Assembly (NCBI GenBank): GCA_051252135.1 | Contig: JBPOGH010000010.1 | Coordinates: forward strand, 1-64,000 | DNA length: 64,000 nucleotides | Direction of reading: 5' to 3' | DNA from: Verrucomicrobiaceae bacterium | GTDB taxonomy: Bacteria; Verrucomicrobiota; Verrucomicrobiia; Verrucomicrobiales; Akkermansiaceae | Shown here: one piece after another, positions 39,772 to 50,387 of the stretch | How the letters are laid out: each line of letters starts with the position of its first letter | Numbering within the stretch: the stretch's first letter is position 1 | Made by a program: the position numbers and the translations under genes | The notes under the pieces: generated by a model | Told to the model about the DNA's origin: nothing | Database searches by the model: none | Seen by the model: the letters and a program-made list of their open reading frames with translations, nothing else

Positions 39772-41487
39772 ATGAGTGAAACCGCAGTGGCGGGATCTCA
39801 GAATGAAGAGCTTTCCGCTCTCATTGATGAGCATTTCCGCGAGTTTAATGAAGGATCGATTGTCAACGGCACGATCCTCGACATCCGCCCCCAAGTCGTC
39901 GTGGTGGATATTGGATACAAATCCGAGGGTGCAATCCCTGTTTCCGAGTTCGAAGATGAAGATATCGAAGTCGGTGACGAAGTAGAAGTTCTCCTTGAGC
40001 GCCTCGAAGATGACGAAGGCCTCATTGTGCTTTCCAAAGAGAAAGCCGCCCACAAGCAGAACTGGGAAAAGATCATGGCCGTTTACGAAGCCGGTGGTCT
40101 GGTCAAAGGAAAAGTCAAATCCGCCGTCAAGGGTGGCCTTATGGTCAACGTCGGTGTGGAAGCGTTCCTTCCCGGTTCCCAGGTGGACATCATTCCTCCC
40201 CGCGACCTTCAGGAGTACGTGGGCAATATTTACGAATTCAAGATCGTTAAGGTTAACGATGACCGCAAGAACCTTGTTCTGAGTCGTCGTGAAGTGATCG
40301 AGGCCGAGCGTGCCGAGCTTCGCCAGAAGTTCCTGCAGACCGTCACTGTTGGTGACAAGGTCGAGGGACAGGTTAAGAACATCACCGATTTCGGTGCCTT
40401 CGTTGACCTTCAGGGCATGGACGGACTGCTTCACATCACCGACATGAGCTGGGGACGTATTTCCCACCCATCCGAGATGCTTCGCATTGGCCAGCTGGTT
40501 GAAGTGCAGATTCTCGATGTTGATCGTGAGAAGGAGCGCGTCTCTCTTGGCTTCAAGCAGATGACCGAGAATCCCTGGGAGGACATCGAAGCCCGTTTCC
40601 CAATTGGGGCCGAGGTTGCCGGAAAAGTCACCAAGCTTCTTCCTTACGGTGCCTTCATCGAAATCGAGAAGGGTGTCGAAGGTCTCGTGCACGTGTCCGA
40701 GCTTTCGTGGGTCAAGCGCATCACGCGCCCATCCGACGTTCTGGAGCTCGATCAAGAGATCAAGGCAGTCGTTCTTGGCATCAGCATCGAGGAGCAGAAA
40801 ATCTCCCTCGGCGTTCGCCAGCTCGAAGAGAACCCATGGGACGCCATCGAAGCGCGTTACCCGATCGGCAAGGAAATTAAGGGCGAGGTGCGCAACCTTA
40901 CCGCTTACGGTGCCTTTGTTGGCCTGGAAGAGGGTATCGACGGCATGATCCACGTCTCCGACCTTTCCTGGACCCGCAAGATCAATCACCCCTCCGAGAT
41001 TCTCAAGAAGAACGAGGAAGTGGAAGCGGTTGTGCTTTCGATCGACAAGGAGAACCAGCGTGTTTCCCTCGGTATCAAGCAGCTTGATAACGATCCATGG
41101 TCCGACATCGACGGTAAGTTCAAGGTGGGCGATCTCGTTAAGGGAACGGTTGCCAAGATTGCTTCCTTCGGAGCGTTTGTCAGCCTCGATGGCGACATCG
41201 ACGGACTCATCCACATCTCGCAGCTTAGCGAGGAGCACGTGGAGAAGGTCAAGGATGTCATCAAGGTCGGCGACGAAGTCGAGGCCCGCGTGATCAAGGT
41301 CGACAAGATCGAGCGCCGCATTGGTCTCTCCATCAAGGCCGTTTCCTACACCGAAGAGGAACTCAAGAAGGAATCCCAGAGCTTCGAAACGCTCCGTCCT
41401 TCCAGCGACCTCGTCGGCCTCGAGCAGGCATTCAACCTCGCATCGTCCTCTACCGACGAGTCCGAGGAGTGGAGCCCCTCCGAGTAG
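39772..41487 (+). CDS. rpsA: 30S ribosomal protein S1
   Basis: Repeated S1 domains, DIGYKSEG, AFLPGSQVD, GLLHITDMSW. Confidence 0.98.
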   Translation: MSETAVAGSQNEELSALIDEHFREFNEGSIVNGTILDIRPQVVVVDIGYKSEGAIPVSEFEDEDIEVGDEVEVLLERLEDDEGLIVLSKEKAAHKQNWEKIMAVYEAGGLVKGKVKSAVKGGLMVNVGVEAFLPGSQVDIIPPRDLQEYVGNIYEFKIVKVNDDRKNLVLSRREVIEAERAELRQKFLQTVTVGDKVEGQVKNITDFGAFVDLQGMDGLLHITDMSWGRISHPSEMLRIGQLVEVQILDVDREKERVSLGFKQMTENPWEDIEARFPIGAEVAGKVTKLLPYGAFIEIEKGVEGLVHVSELSWVKRITRPSDVLELDQEIKAVVLGISIEEQKISLGVRQLEENPWDAIEARYPIGKEIKGEVRNLTAYGAFVGLEEGIDGMIHVSDLSWTRKINHPSEILKKNEEVEAVVLSIDKENQRVSLGIKQLDNDPWSDIDGKFKVGDLVKGTVAKIASFGAFVSLDGDIDGLIHISQLSEEHVEKVKDVIKVGDEVEARVIKVDKIERRIGLSIKAVSYTEEELKKESQSFETLRPSSDLVGLEQAFNLASSSTDESEEWSPSE

Positions 41488-41512
41488 TCCACGGACTGAC
41501 ACGAATAATCAC

Positions 41513-41547
41513 AACCGGTCGGGGAGCAATCCCCGCCCGGTTTTTTT
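41513..41547 (+). terminator. rpsA terminator
   Basis: AACCGG.CGGGGA...TCCCCG.CCGGTTTTTTT. Confidence 0.8.
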
Positions 41548-41619
41548 GTGCCCTGAAGGGAATCCGAGGTGAACAGTCTTGAGAGTTGGTCTCGCTCCAG
41601 ATATTGACTGCGTCACATT

Positions 41620-42435
41620 ATGGAAATCTGGAAAGCGATTATCGTGGGGATTGTGCAAGGGCTTGCGGAGTTCCTGCCGATTTCTTCATCGGGGCACATT
41701 GTGCTGACGCAGTATCTTCTGGGGATTCGTGAAGTGGGCGGGGAGCATCAGCCGGACCTGGCCTTCGAGATTATTCTCCATGTGGGGACACTGGTGAGTG
41801 TGTTGATTTTCTTTTGGCCCAGTCTGTGGAGATTGGTGCAATCGCTCTACACCAAGGATATGGTGGAGGACCGCAAGATGATCATGTGGCTGGGGATTGC
41901 GACGGTGCCGGCGGTGATCGCGGCGTTGTTGTTTAAGGACTTCTTTGATTCGGTGCCGGGGAATCCTTTTATGGTGTCATCGTTTTTGATTCTTACGGGT
42001 TTGATTTTGTTTATTCCGCGGTTGGTGAAGGGGCGGGCGGAGAAGATCGGGCTGAAGAGTTCGGTGATTATGGGGATTGGGCAGGCGTTTGCGATTTTGC
42101 CGGGGGTTTCGCGATCGGGTTCGACTATTGCGGCGGGATTGGTGAGCGGGGTGAAGGCTGAGAGGGCGGCGGAGTTTTCCTTTCTGATGTCGATTCCGGC
42201 GATTGCGGGAGGGTTTGTGCTGACGATGAAGGACCGGATTGAGGAGACGGGATCGTTTGGGGAGGCGCTGAAGTCCTGCTTTAACGCGCCGTATGTGGCG
42301 GGTGCGATTGCGGCGGCAGTGGTGGGGGTGCTGGCGATCTATTTGGTGATGGGTGCGGTGAAGCGGGGGAAGCTGGAGTATTTTTCGTATTACTGTTTTG
42401 CGGCGGGGATTGCGGGGATGATTTACTTTTCCTGA
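41620..42435 (+). CDS. uppP: Undecaprenyl-diphosphate phosphatase
   Basis: GIVQGLAEFLPISSSGH, PGVSRSGST. Confidence 0.95.
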   Translation: MEIWKAIIVGIVQGLAEFLPISSSGHIVLTQYLLGIREVGGEHQPDLAFEIILHVGTLVSVLIFFWPSLWRLVQSLYTKDMVEDRKMIMWLGIATVPAVIAALLFKDFFDSVPGNPFMVSSFLILTGLILFIPRLVKGRAEKIGLKSSVIMGIGQAFAILPGVSRSGSTIAAGLVSGVKAERAAEFSFLMSIPAIAGGFVLTMKDRIEETGSFGEALKSCFNAPYVAGAIAAAVVGVLAIYLVMGAVKRGKLEYFSYYCFAAGIAGMIYFS

Positions 42436-42511
42436 TTAAGTGAATCGTTGATCCTATAACCGATGGATCAATATTTCTTGATGAGTGGGGTGTTTTGGTT
42501 AGAGGTAGGAT

Positions 42512-43411
42512 ATGATTTTATTTCGATATGTTATCGTATTTTTGTCGGCTATTTTTCTAGCGAGTTGTGCCTCATCCGGTTCGAATGCGCGGAAGCTTGA
42601 TGATGAGAAGTTTCAAGCGACATTGGTTCGAGCTCCTACTTCCGATAAGGCGAGTTTCCTGTCAGTGGAAAGAGTGCTCTACAAGATTGGCGATGCAGTC
42701 GTTAAGAAGGTGATCGACTACGCTGCCGAGCAATATACGCAAGATTCCAAGGTGGTGTTGGCGATCAATGAGGAGACGGCAATTAACGGCAATAGTCAGA
42801 CCGGTTATGTGGTGATCACCCGGACTTATCCCCTTGGGAGTCAAATGCCTAGTGTGGGAGATCTGAATACGAGAGGTGGGCTGGGTGAGATTTTTTTAAA
42901 GGCGGCGGAAGAGCAAGATATCACCAAGCGAAGCTTGAGTTTTGCGGCAATTTTAAAAATCGAAAGTCTTGGAAGTGCGTATTCGGTTAATTTGATTGCT
43001 TACAGCTATCCGTATTTGAAGGCGAAGAATTCTGCCATTCCAGTACCGTTTACTGATTTTGATGATACCAAGAGTGTTTTGCAGATTGGGGTGAAGGGTC
43101 CGCAGGGTTCGATCGGATATGATGGGGGTCAATATTCTGCGGAGGGGGCGACGAAGTTGGAGTGGAAGCGCGGTAGTCCGTCGATTGATTGGGTGCAGCC
43201 CAAAGGTGGATCATTTACGCTCTTCACGGGCAAGGTGACAAAGGATAAGCCGATTGAGTTTAGTGCCAAGCTCATCGAGAGCAGTGATATCACCAGCAAG
43301 CTCAAGGAGCTTAAAGAGGATGTGGATGTGAAATCCTGGGTAGGGGATGATGATGACGCGGCTGCGGCAACAGATGATGGAGCTGGCGCCGGAGAAGGGG
43401 ATGCGGGATAG
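42512..43411 (+). CDS. Hypothetical lipoprotein
   Basis: Lipobox LAS-C; more AT-rich than its neighbours. Confidence 0.7.
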   Translation: MILFRYVIVFLSAIFLASCASSGSNARKLDDEKFQATLVRAPTSDKASFLSVERVLYKIGDAVVKKVIDYAAEQYTQDSKVVLAINEETAINGNSQTGYVVITRTYPLGSQMPSVGDLNTRGGLGEIFLKAAEEQDITKRSLSFAAILKIESLGSAYSVNLIAYSYPYLKAKNSAIPVPFTDFDDTKSVLQIGVKGPQGSIGYDGGQYSAEGATKLEWKRGSPSIDWVQPKGGSFTLFTGKVTKDKPIEFSAKLIESSDITSKLKELKEDVDVKSWVGDDDDAAAATDDGAGAGEGDAG

Positions 43412-43472
43412 GAGGGAAGAAAAAAGCGGGCGTCTTTCGACGACCGCTTTGGAGGGGGGAGATTTTCTAATT

Positions 43473-43718
43473 TCAGGATGTTTCGCTGGTATTCGAGTCC
43501 CGGGGGAGGAGGAGATAGATGACGCTTCCCAGATGGGCGAGAGAGACGATGAGGAAGATACCGATGATCTTCATGGTTGAATTGATCCGTTTATTGACGA
43601 GGCAATGGAAGAGTGACCAGAGCCAAAGGATGACGAGGCTGAGGGAGAGGATGAGGAGGAAGAGGGCGGTGACGTTATCGGCGCCACCGGTTGTGTTGAG
43701 TAGGACTGGATAATGCAT
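43473..43718 (-). CDS. Small membrane protein (PLDc_N-like)
   Basis: LW.WSL..C....K......LG...YLL pattern. Confidence 0.6.
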   Translation of the reverse strand: MHYPVLLNTTGGADNVTALFLLILSLSLVILWLWSLFHCLVNKRINSTMKIIGIFLIVSLAHLGSVIYLLLPRDSNTSETS

Positions 43719-43785
43719 GTGTGTCTGAATGGGGGATTCGACGTGCATAGATGTAACACTATTCAAATTATTTTGCGAGGTACGA

Positions 43786-43812
43786 AAAAAGCCCGCCGGT
43801 GAGGGCGGGCTT
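43786..43812 (-). terminator. argG terminator
   Basis: AAAAAAGCCCGCC...GGCGGGCTTT. Confidence 0.75.
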
Positions 43813-43831
43813 TGGGATGGTTAGGTTCGTT

Positions 43832-45118
43832 CTACAGCTTGTTGACGCGGGCGAACTGCTTGAGGCGGAGTCCGTTGAGGGCGATGAAGCCGGTGGCGTC
43901 ATTCTGGTTGTAGGCCTCTTCCTGTCCGCCTTCCATGGTGGCGATGTGTTCATCGTAGAGGCTGTTCGGGGAACGGCGTCCGGCGTTGATGACGTTGCCT
44001 TTGTAGAGCTTGAGGCGGACTTCGCCGTTGACCGTTTTTTGGGTCTCGGTGACGAGGGCCTGGAGGGCATTGCGCTCGGGGGCGAACCAGAAGCCGTTGT
44101 AGACGAGCTTGGCGTAGGCGGGGATGAGGCCGTCGCGGAGGTGCTGGGCGTCGCGGTCGATGGTGAGGGTCTCGAGGTCCTGGTGGGCGGCGAGGAGGAT
44201 GGTGCCGCCGGGGGTCTCGTAGATGCCGCGTGATTTCATGCCGACGAAGCGATTTTCGACGATATCGACGCGGCCGATGCCGTGCTTGCCGCCAAGGTGG
44301 TTGAGGACGCGCATGACGCCGTAGGGGGTGAGGAGGGTGTAGCCGTCCTGCTCGCCTTTGACCTCGAAGTCGCCAAGCTCGCTGATGTAGGAGGCGAGGT
44401 TGTCATTTTTGAGGCCGATGATGTTTCCTTTTTCGAAGAGACACTGGACGTATTCCGACTGGTCGGGGGCGTCCTCGGGGGCGACGGAGAGGACATACAT
44501 GTCTTTGTCTGCGTCGGTGGAGCCGTCATACCAGGTGTCTTCGAGCGCGCCTGCTTCGAAGGAGATGTGAAGGAGGTTACGGTCCATGGAGTAGGGCTTC
44601 TTTTTGGAAGCAGTGACGTCGATGCCGTGCTTTTCGCAGTATTCGATCATTTCGTTCCGGCCGGGGAAGTCCTTGCGGAATTCGTCATCACGCCATGGGG
44701 CGATCATTTTGATTTCGGGTGCGAGGGCGTTGAGGGCGAGCTCGAAGCGGACCTGGTCGTTTCCTTTTCCGGTGGCACCGTGGGCGATGGCATCGGCGCC
44801 TTCAGCGATGGCGACGTCGAGCATGCCTTTGATGATGCAGGGGCGGGCGATGGAGGTTCCGAGGAGGTAGCGGCCTTCGTAGACGGCGTTGGCCTGGAAC
44901 ATGGGGAAGATGTAGTCGGCAGCGAATTCTTCCCTGAGGTCGCCGATGTAGCACTTGGAGGCGCCGGTTGCGAGGGCCTTGGCTTCGAGGCCATCGAGTT
45001 CCTCGCCTTGTCCGACGTCGGCACAGTAGGCGATGATTTCTGCGTTGTATTTCTCTTTGAGCCAGAGAAGGAGGACGGAGGTATCAAGTCCTCCGGAGTA
45101 GGCGACGACGATCTTCAT
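43832..45118 (-). CDS. argG: Argininosuccinate synthase
   Basis: [40 protein letters not shown]. Confidence 0.97.
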   Translation of the reverse strand: MKIVVAYSGGLDTSVLLLWLKEKYNAEIIAYCADVGQGEELDGLEAKALATGASKCYIGDLREEFAADYIFPMFQANAVYEGRYLLGTSIARPCIIKGMLDVAIAEGADAIAHGATGKGNDQVRFELALNALAPEIKMIAPWRDDEFRKDFPGRNEMIEYCEKHGIDVTASKKKPYSMDRNLLHISFEAGALEDTWYDGSTDADKDMYVLSVAPEDAPDQSEYVQCLFEKGNIIGLKNDNLASYISELGDFEVKGEQDGYTLLTPYGVMRVLNHLGGKHGIGRVDIVENRFVGMKSRGIYETPGGTILLAAHQDLETLTIDRDAQHLRDGLIPAYAKLVYNGFWFAPERNALQALVTETQKTVNGEVRLKLYKGNVINAGRRSPNSLYDEHIATMEGGQEEAYNQNDATGFIALNGLRLKQFARVNKL

Positions 45119-45168
45119 AACGGAGCCGGAATAGGGAAGATCAGGGGATTTGGCAAGATTGACGCGCG

Positions 45169-45798
45169 TCAAAAAGGAATGTCGTCTTCTCCGGCCTTTT
45201 TGAGGAAGCGGATGATGAAGTCGAGGCGTTGGCGGACTTCGGGGGTGGCGAGGAGGCGTTGGCGGTCGTTGGGGTCGTGGATGAACTGCTGGGCGATGGC
45301 ATCGGCGCAGGTGGCGGCGTCTCCGGCGCGGTCGAGGACCTGGTTGATTTGTTCGTGGACGGGCTGGGGGAATTTGGAGAGGGCTCCGTTGACGGCGGCG
45401 CGGAGCCGGGCGAGGTAGGTTTTTTCCTCGGCGGCCTCGAGGGTGGTGTTGGGGACGGGGGAGATGTGGGCGTGCGGGTAGGGTTTATCGTCGAACCATT
45501 TTTCGAATTTTACGCGGAAGACGCCGTGGAGGATGAGGTTTGAGGTGCCATCCGGTGCTTCACGGGAGGAGCGGATGAGTCCGATGGTGCCGATTTGGGC
45601 GACGTGGTTTTCGGGGTCGTGGTCATCGGAGCCGATGAGGTTGCCGACGCAGAAGAGGCAGTCGCCCTCGAGGGCTTCTGCGATCATTTGTCGGTAGCGT
45701 GGCTCGAAGATGTGGAGGGGGATGGCCCCGTGGGGGAAGAGGACGGTGTCAGGGAGGAGGATGACACCGCATTTATCGGGGATGGTGAGGCCGGACAT
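45169..45798 (-). CDS. LON substrate-binding domain protein
   Basis: [21 protein letters not shown]. Confidence 0.88.
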   Translation of the reverse strand: MSGLTIPDKCGVILLPDTVLFPHGAIPLHIFEPRYRQMIAEALEGDCLFCVGNLIGSDDHDPENHVAQIGTIGLIRSSREAPDGTSNLILHGVFRVKFEKWFDDKPYPHAHISPVPNTTLEAAEEKTYLARLRAAVNGALSKFPQPVHEQINQVLDRAGDAATCADAIAQQFIHDPNDRQRLLATPEVRQRLDFIIRFLKKAGEDDIPF

Positions 45799-45912
45799 GA
45801 AACGATAGTTGGGTTTGACCGCAGAAAGTGAAGGAAGCTGAGCTTGGCTGAAGGGAGAGGATTTTTTACCACAGAATGAGCGGAAGGAGCAGAAGCAGGT
45901 CGACCGCAGGGC

Positions 45913-46317
45913 TTAGGAGGGGCGATTTGGATTTAAGAGGCGACGGACTTCGAGAGGGAGGACATTAAAGTTTATCAGGAGGCCGAGGGGGAGTTGAGCG
46001 ATGGCGAGGTAGCCAAGGAGTTGGGCATCGTGGGCGCGGGTGAGGGACGCAGCAATTTTGGTTTCTACGATGATCGTTTTTTCAACGACGAGATCGGGAC
46101 GGAGTTTACCAATGAAGTGTTCTTTGTAGTGAGCCGGATATTCGGGCTGCTGTTCAAAGTGGAGACCTTGCCTTGCGAGTTCGATGCAGAGGGCGTTCTC
46201 GTAGAGCTTTTCATCGAGGCCGAGCTTCAGTTCCTTTTGAACTTCAATGGCAGCCCCGATGATTTTTTTTGAGAGCTCAGCGTGAGGATAGTCTTCTTTT
46301 CTATCTGGAAATCTCAT
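45913..46317 (-). CDS. GxxExxY protein (PD-(D/E)xK-like)
   Basis: IIGAAIEV...GLDEKLY...DLVVE..IIVETK...AQLLGYL...GLLINF. Confidence 0.9.
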   Translation of the reverse strand: MRFPDRKEDYPHAELSKKIIGAAIEVQKELKLGLDEKLYENALCIELARQGLHFEQQPEYPAHYKEHFIGKLRPDLVVEKTIIVETKIAASLTRAHDAQLLGYLAIAQLPLGLLINFNVLPLEVRRLLNPNRPS

Positions 46318-46359
46318 CAACCAAGCTTCTGGTTTAACGCTCTTACTTAGGTTGGGCTC

Positions 46360-47643
46360 TTAGGCTTTGGCGAGGGCTTGGTCGAGGTCGGCGAGGATGT
46401 CGTCGATGTGCTCGATGCCGATGGAGAGGCGGACGAGCTCGGGGCGGATGCCTCCGGCGAGTTGTTGCTCGGGGGTGAGTTGTGAGTGGGTGGTGGTGGC
46501 GGGGTGGATGGCGAGGGATTTGGCGTCGCCGAGGTTGGCGACGTGGGAGAGGAGCTCGAGGGAGTTGATGAACCTGGATCCTGCTTCGGCTCCGCCCTTG
46601 ATGCCGAAGACGACGACGCTGCCGCCTTTTCCGCGGAGGTATTTTTGGTTTTTTTCGTACTCGGGGTCATCGGTGAGGCCGGGGAAGCGGACCCATTCGA
46701 CGGAGGGGTGGTTTTTGAGGTGGAGAGCGACGGCGAGTGAGTTTTCGCAATGGCGCTCCATGCGGAGGGGGAGGGTTTCGATGCCCTGGAGGAACTGCCA
46801 GGAGTTATCGGGGGAGATGCAGGCTCCGAGGTTCCGAAGGGGGACGGTGCGCATGCGGAGGATGTAGGCGAGGGGGGCGAGCATATCGGGGAGGTCGTGT
46901 CCCCAGCGGAGGCCGTGGTAGGAGCCATCGGGCTTGTCGAAGAGGGGGTGCTTGCCGCCGGCCCAGTTGAAGCGGCCGGAATCGATGACGATGCCGCCGA
47001 GGCCGGTGCCGTGGCCGCCGAGCCATTTGGTGAGGGAGTGGACGACGATATCGGCTCCGTGATTTAAGGGGTTGGTGAGGTAGGGGGTGGAGCAGGTGGC
47101 ATCGACGATGAGGGGGATGCCGTTTTCTTTGGCGATGGCTCCGACGGCGTCGAGGTCGGTGACTTCGAGGGCGGGGTTGGAGACGGTCTCGCAGAAGAGG
47201 GCGCGGGTTTTGTCGTCGATGGCGTTGGCGAATTGCTGTGGGTCCTGGGAGTCGACGAAGCGGACCTCGATGCCGAGGGCGGGGAGGAGGTCGTTGAACT
47301 GGGTGTAGGAGCCGCCGTAGAGGTTGCGGGCGGAGACGATGTTATCGCCTGCTTCGGCAAGGTTGATGATGGAGTTGAAGATGGCGGCGGTGCCGGAGGA
47401 GTGGGCGAGGCCGGCGAGCTCGTGCGCGCCTTCGAGGAGGGCGATGCGTTTTTCAAGAACGTCCGTAGTGGGGTTCATGAGGCGGGTGTAGATGTTCCCG
47501 AGTTCCTTGAGGGCGAAGAGATTGGCGGCGTGCTCGGTATCGTTGAAGGTGAACGCGGTGCTTTTGTAGAGCGGGACGGCGCGGGCGTGGGTATCGGAAT
47601 CAGGGGTGTGGCCGCCGTGGAGACAAAGAGTTTCGTGTTTCAT
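46360..47643 (-). CDS. metY: O-acetylhomoserine aminocarboxypropyltransferase
   Basis: IYTRLMNPT, HSLTKWLGGHG, ANLGDAKSLAIHPATTTH. Confidence 0.9.
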   Translation of the reverse strand: MKHETLCLHGGHTPDSDTHARAVPLYKSTAFTFNDTEHAANLFALKELGNIYTRLMNPTTDVLEKRIALLEGAHELAGLAHSSGTAAIFNSIINLAEAGDNIVSARNLYGGSYTQFNDLLPALGIEVRFVDSQDPQQFANAIDDKTRALFCETVSNPALEVTDLDAVGAIAKENGIPLIVDATCSTPYLTNPLNHGADIVVHSLTKWLGGHGTGLGGIVIDSGRFNWAGGKHPLFDKPDGSYHGLRWGHDLPDMLAPLAYILRMRTVPLRNLGACISPDNSWQFLQGIETLPLRMERHCENSLAVALHLKNHPSVEWVRFPGLTDDPEYEKNQKYLRGKGGSVVVFGIKGGAEAGSRFINSLELLSHVANLGDAKSLAIHPATTTHSQLTPEQQLAGGIRPELVRLSIGIEHIDDILADLDQALAKA

Positions 47644-47686
47644 GAGGGACGACCTTTAGCAGCTATTTTGCGCGATGCAAAGAGGC

Positions 47687-48622
47687 TTAGGTGGCGGGGG
47701 CGATCCTTTGGAGGAGGAGGGCGAGGACGGCGAGTGCGGGGCAGATGATGATGAGGGGGCCGAATTCGTTTTTTCCGGAGGAGATGCCGATGATGGCGAT
47801 GGTGCCGACGGCGAGAAAGTCGACAAGGGGGATGGCGGCGAGGGTGCGGGAGACGAATTTTCCGATGTCCTTGGTGGAGCGGAGGCGGCGGACGGAGAAG
47901 ATCATGACGCCGAGGAAAAGGGCGAGGGGGAGGATGGCGGCCGCGGGGATGACGAGCATGAGGAGGCCGGAGACGAGGAAGGCGGGAGAAGTGAGGCACA
48001 TGAGCGGCAGAAACTGCTGCTGGATGGTGGGTGGGACTTTGGCGGATTCGCTTTTGGCCATGAGGGAGATGCCGAGGATGTAGCCGCCGAGGGAGAGGCT
48101 GAGGAGGAGGAGGCCGAGGATTTGGCGGGGGTCGAATTGGGTGAATTGTTCCCAGGAGAGGAAGCTGAAGAAGCAGGCGGGATAGATGAGGGCACGGGCA
48201 CCGGCCATGAAGAAGAAGCTCGAGGTGTGGATCTTATGCCACTTGGTGTAGGCAACGATGCAGAGGATGATGCCGAGGGCAAAGAGGGCGAAGGGGAGGC
48301 TGGTGAAGGCGGCGGCGATGAGGCCGGTGCCGAGAAGGAAGAAGGCGAGGTTTCCGATGGTGGAGCGTTTCCAGCGGCCGGAGGGGATGGCGCGCTCGGG
48401 GCGATTTTTTTCATCGAATTCAGCGTCGTGCCAGTCGTTAAGAAAGCAGCCGCCGAGGTAGAGGGCGGAGAGGGAAAGGACGATCAGGGCGAATGGTGGC
48501 GGAGACACTTCTTTGAGTGACATCCAGGCAACGAGGGTGCCGAGGAGGGCGTTGGACCAGACGGTGGGGAGGTTTGCGAACCTGCTCATGGCGAGCAGGT
48601 CGATGAGGCGTTCGCGGGTCAT
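47687..48622 (-). CDS. UbiA-family prenyltransferase
   Basis: NLPTVWSN, LNDWHDAEFD..RPERAIPSG, multiple TMs. Confidence 0.85.
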   Translation of the reverse strand: MTRERLIDLLAMSRFANLPTVWSNALLGTLVAWMSLKEVSPPPFALIVLSLSALYLGGCFLNDWHDAEFDEKNRPERAIPSGRWKRSTIGNLAFFLLGTGLIAAAFTSLPFALFALGIILCIVAYTKWHKIHTSSFFFMAGARALIYPACFFSFLSWEQFTQFDPRQILGLLLLSLSLGGYILGISLMAKSESAKVPPTIQQQFLPLMCLTSPAFLVSGLLMLVIPAAAILPLALFLGVMIFSVRRLRSTKDIGKFVSRTLAAIPLVDFLAVGTIAIIGISSGKNEFGPLIIICPALAVLALLLQRIAPAT

Positions 48623-48633
48623 GGGAGATTCAG

Positions 48634-49035
48634 CTAGGCCGCGGAGGTTTCGCCTTTTGGAAGGAAAGGTTTGGTGAACTCGGTGCTGAACTCGTAGATG
48701 TTTGAGAAGTCGTCGATGGTGTCCGAGTCTTGCTTGCCGAAGACGCCGTGCTCGATGAAGAGGAAGACGATCTCGCCGACGTGGCGGCATTCCTTGAGGC
48801 CCCAGTCCTCGAGGAGGGTGGCGGCCATGGGGCCGTATTCCTTCAGGGCGTAGTCGCGAAATCCGATGAGGAGTTCGGGGCCGGTGACGTGGCGTTTTTC
48901 GCCGTCGTTTTCCTCGGCCATGCGGTCGACGGTGAAGTCGAGGGATTCGCGAACGAGGAAGTAGGCGCCGGGGGCGAAGCGCGGCTCTTCCTGAATGATA
49001 GCGGCGATGGCATTTTCAAGTTGGATCGGCTGCAT
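48634..49035 (-). CDS. Verrucomicrobia/Planctomycetes conserved protein (Minf_1886-like)
   Basis: AY..V.E.L..T...RHVTG.ELL.G.R..AL..YG.MA...W...GEIVF. Confidence 0.8.
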   Translation of the reverse strand: MQPIQLENAIAAIIQEEPRFAPGAYFLVRESLDFTVDRMAEENDGEKRHVTGPELLIGFRDYALKEYGPMAATLLEDWGLKECRHVGEIVFLFIEHGVFGKQDSDTIDDFSNIYEFSTEFTKPFLPKGETSAA

Positions 49036-49111
49036 GGGGAAATAGTGGCGAGGGAATGGTGAGTTGTGAAGGGGGAATCTTGGGAAGAGGGGGATAAAAA
49101 AGGCTACGGAG

Positions 49112-49399
49112 ATGGAAGGGCAGCTGGAAGATAGCGCAAAGGAGCGCCGGAACCAGGAGTTGCTTGCGGTGCAGGATGCGCTGACGAAGGAGAAGTGCGT
49201 GAAGTGGGTCGGGACGCGTCAGACGATTCTATGCGAGGGGCTTAGTAAGACGAATAATGCGCACTTGAGTGGGCGGACAAGCCATAACAAGATCGTGATT
49301 TTCGATGGCGATGCGGAGCGGATGACGGGTGAGATTTTCGACGTGATGATCGAGGACTCGACGGGGTTCATGCATTATGGGACTCCGGTTTTGGATTGA
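49112..49399 (+). pseudogene. Orphan 3' fragment of miaB (TRAM domain only)
   Basis: EMEGQL...KERRNQELL...VG...ILCEG.SK...LSGRTSHNKIVIF...YG; no room upstream for the radical SAM domain. Confidence 0.7.
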
Positions 49400-49463
49400 G
49401 TGTTGCTCAAAGGAAGTCTCCAAATAATAGAACATTTTGTGTTTTGGAGGCGTTTTATGATTA

Positions 49464-50357
49464 ATGAGGACGATTTTTTGCGGTTGGGCAGTGAGTGTCT
49501 GCGTTGCTGCGGCGACACCGAGTGGGTTCGCAAAATGTGATTTGCAAATTGTGGGGGAGGGGGAAAGCGGGGTGGCGTTTCTCCGAACAGTTACCACCAA
49601 TCCCGGGAGTTATTTTATTCACGAGGTCTTAAAAACCTTTGTGGAGTATGAAGGTGAACAGCAAAATGGAATTTGCATACCTCACTCCAAACTTGAGTTG
49701 CTTCATCAAAAGATCGTTGATGATGCCGGTTCAGGGCTGAGGTCGGTTACCGAGATCGCAAAGAATTCGGATTTGAGCTTTGCTGATGTCTTGCAGAAGT
49801 ACCCTGACCGTCTTCGTAAGTGGTCGAAAGAAGAGATGGCGGAGCTTCGTGTTCATGAAGCCTCTGGGGTTTCTTATGGGCGTTGCGATTTGGTGTGGGG
49901 TGGCACGATCAAGAAGGAGCTTGGTTTTCCCAAGAATGGGAAGATCAAGTGGAACTTGCGAGATGTCTACGAAGGCGGAAAGCATCTCGTGTTGATTGCG
50001 GAAACGCCCAAGACTGATGAGAGTGACGATGAGGAAGCGGCGATCGTGTTAAATGGTGATGTTTTGACCCAGGTCAAGGCGCATCGAGCGAAAGCGGACT
50101 ACTATCTGGTGTATGCCGAAGGGAGGAGCCTCGAGGAGGTTCAAGAGAGCGTGGAAAAGAAGGGGGTGGAGCGTCGAGGACTTGAAATATGGAATGTCTA
50201 TGACGGCACCAATAAGGGGCTATGGATTGCGGGGAAGCCGGTCCAAGGGAAAAATCTGACAAGAGTATCGACCTTGCGAGTGAGTGAGAAGGCAGGGTTC
50301 GAAGTCGGGGTGATCAGCTCAGACAACTTCACCACCTTTGTTGAGGTGTCGGAATGA
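49464..50357 (+). CDS. Hypothetical exported protein
   Basis: 297-aa ORF, signal-like N-terminus. Confidence 0.65.
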   Translation: MRTIFCGWAVSVCVAAATPSGFAKCDLQIVGEGESGVAFLRTVTTNPGSYFIHEVLKTFVEYEGEQQNGICIPHSKLELLHQKIVDDAGSGLRSVTEIAKNSDLSFADVLQKYPDRLRKWSKEEMAELRVHEASGVSYGRCDLVWGGTIKKELGFPKNGKIKWNLRDVYEGGKHLVLIAETPKTDESDDEEAAIVLNGDVLTQVKAHRAKADYYLVYAEGRSLEEVQESVEKKGVERRGLEIWNVYDGTNKGLWIAGKPVQGKNLTRVSTLRVSEKAGFEVGVISSDNFTTFVEVSE

Positions 50358-50387
50358 AGGGCCGATCATCCGTTTCGACGGGTTGGT

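Noticed and set aside
39688..41502. 604-aa antisense ORF over rpsA, and similar long antisense ORFs over tuf, rplKA, rhlE, purT and argG
   Set aside because: Shadows produced by codon bias on the opposite strand of well-identified genes; no recognisable motifs.
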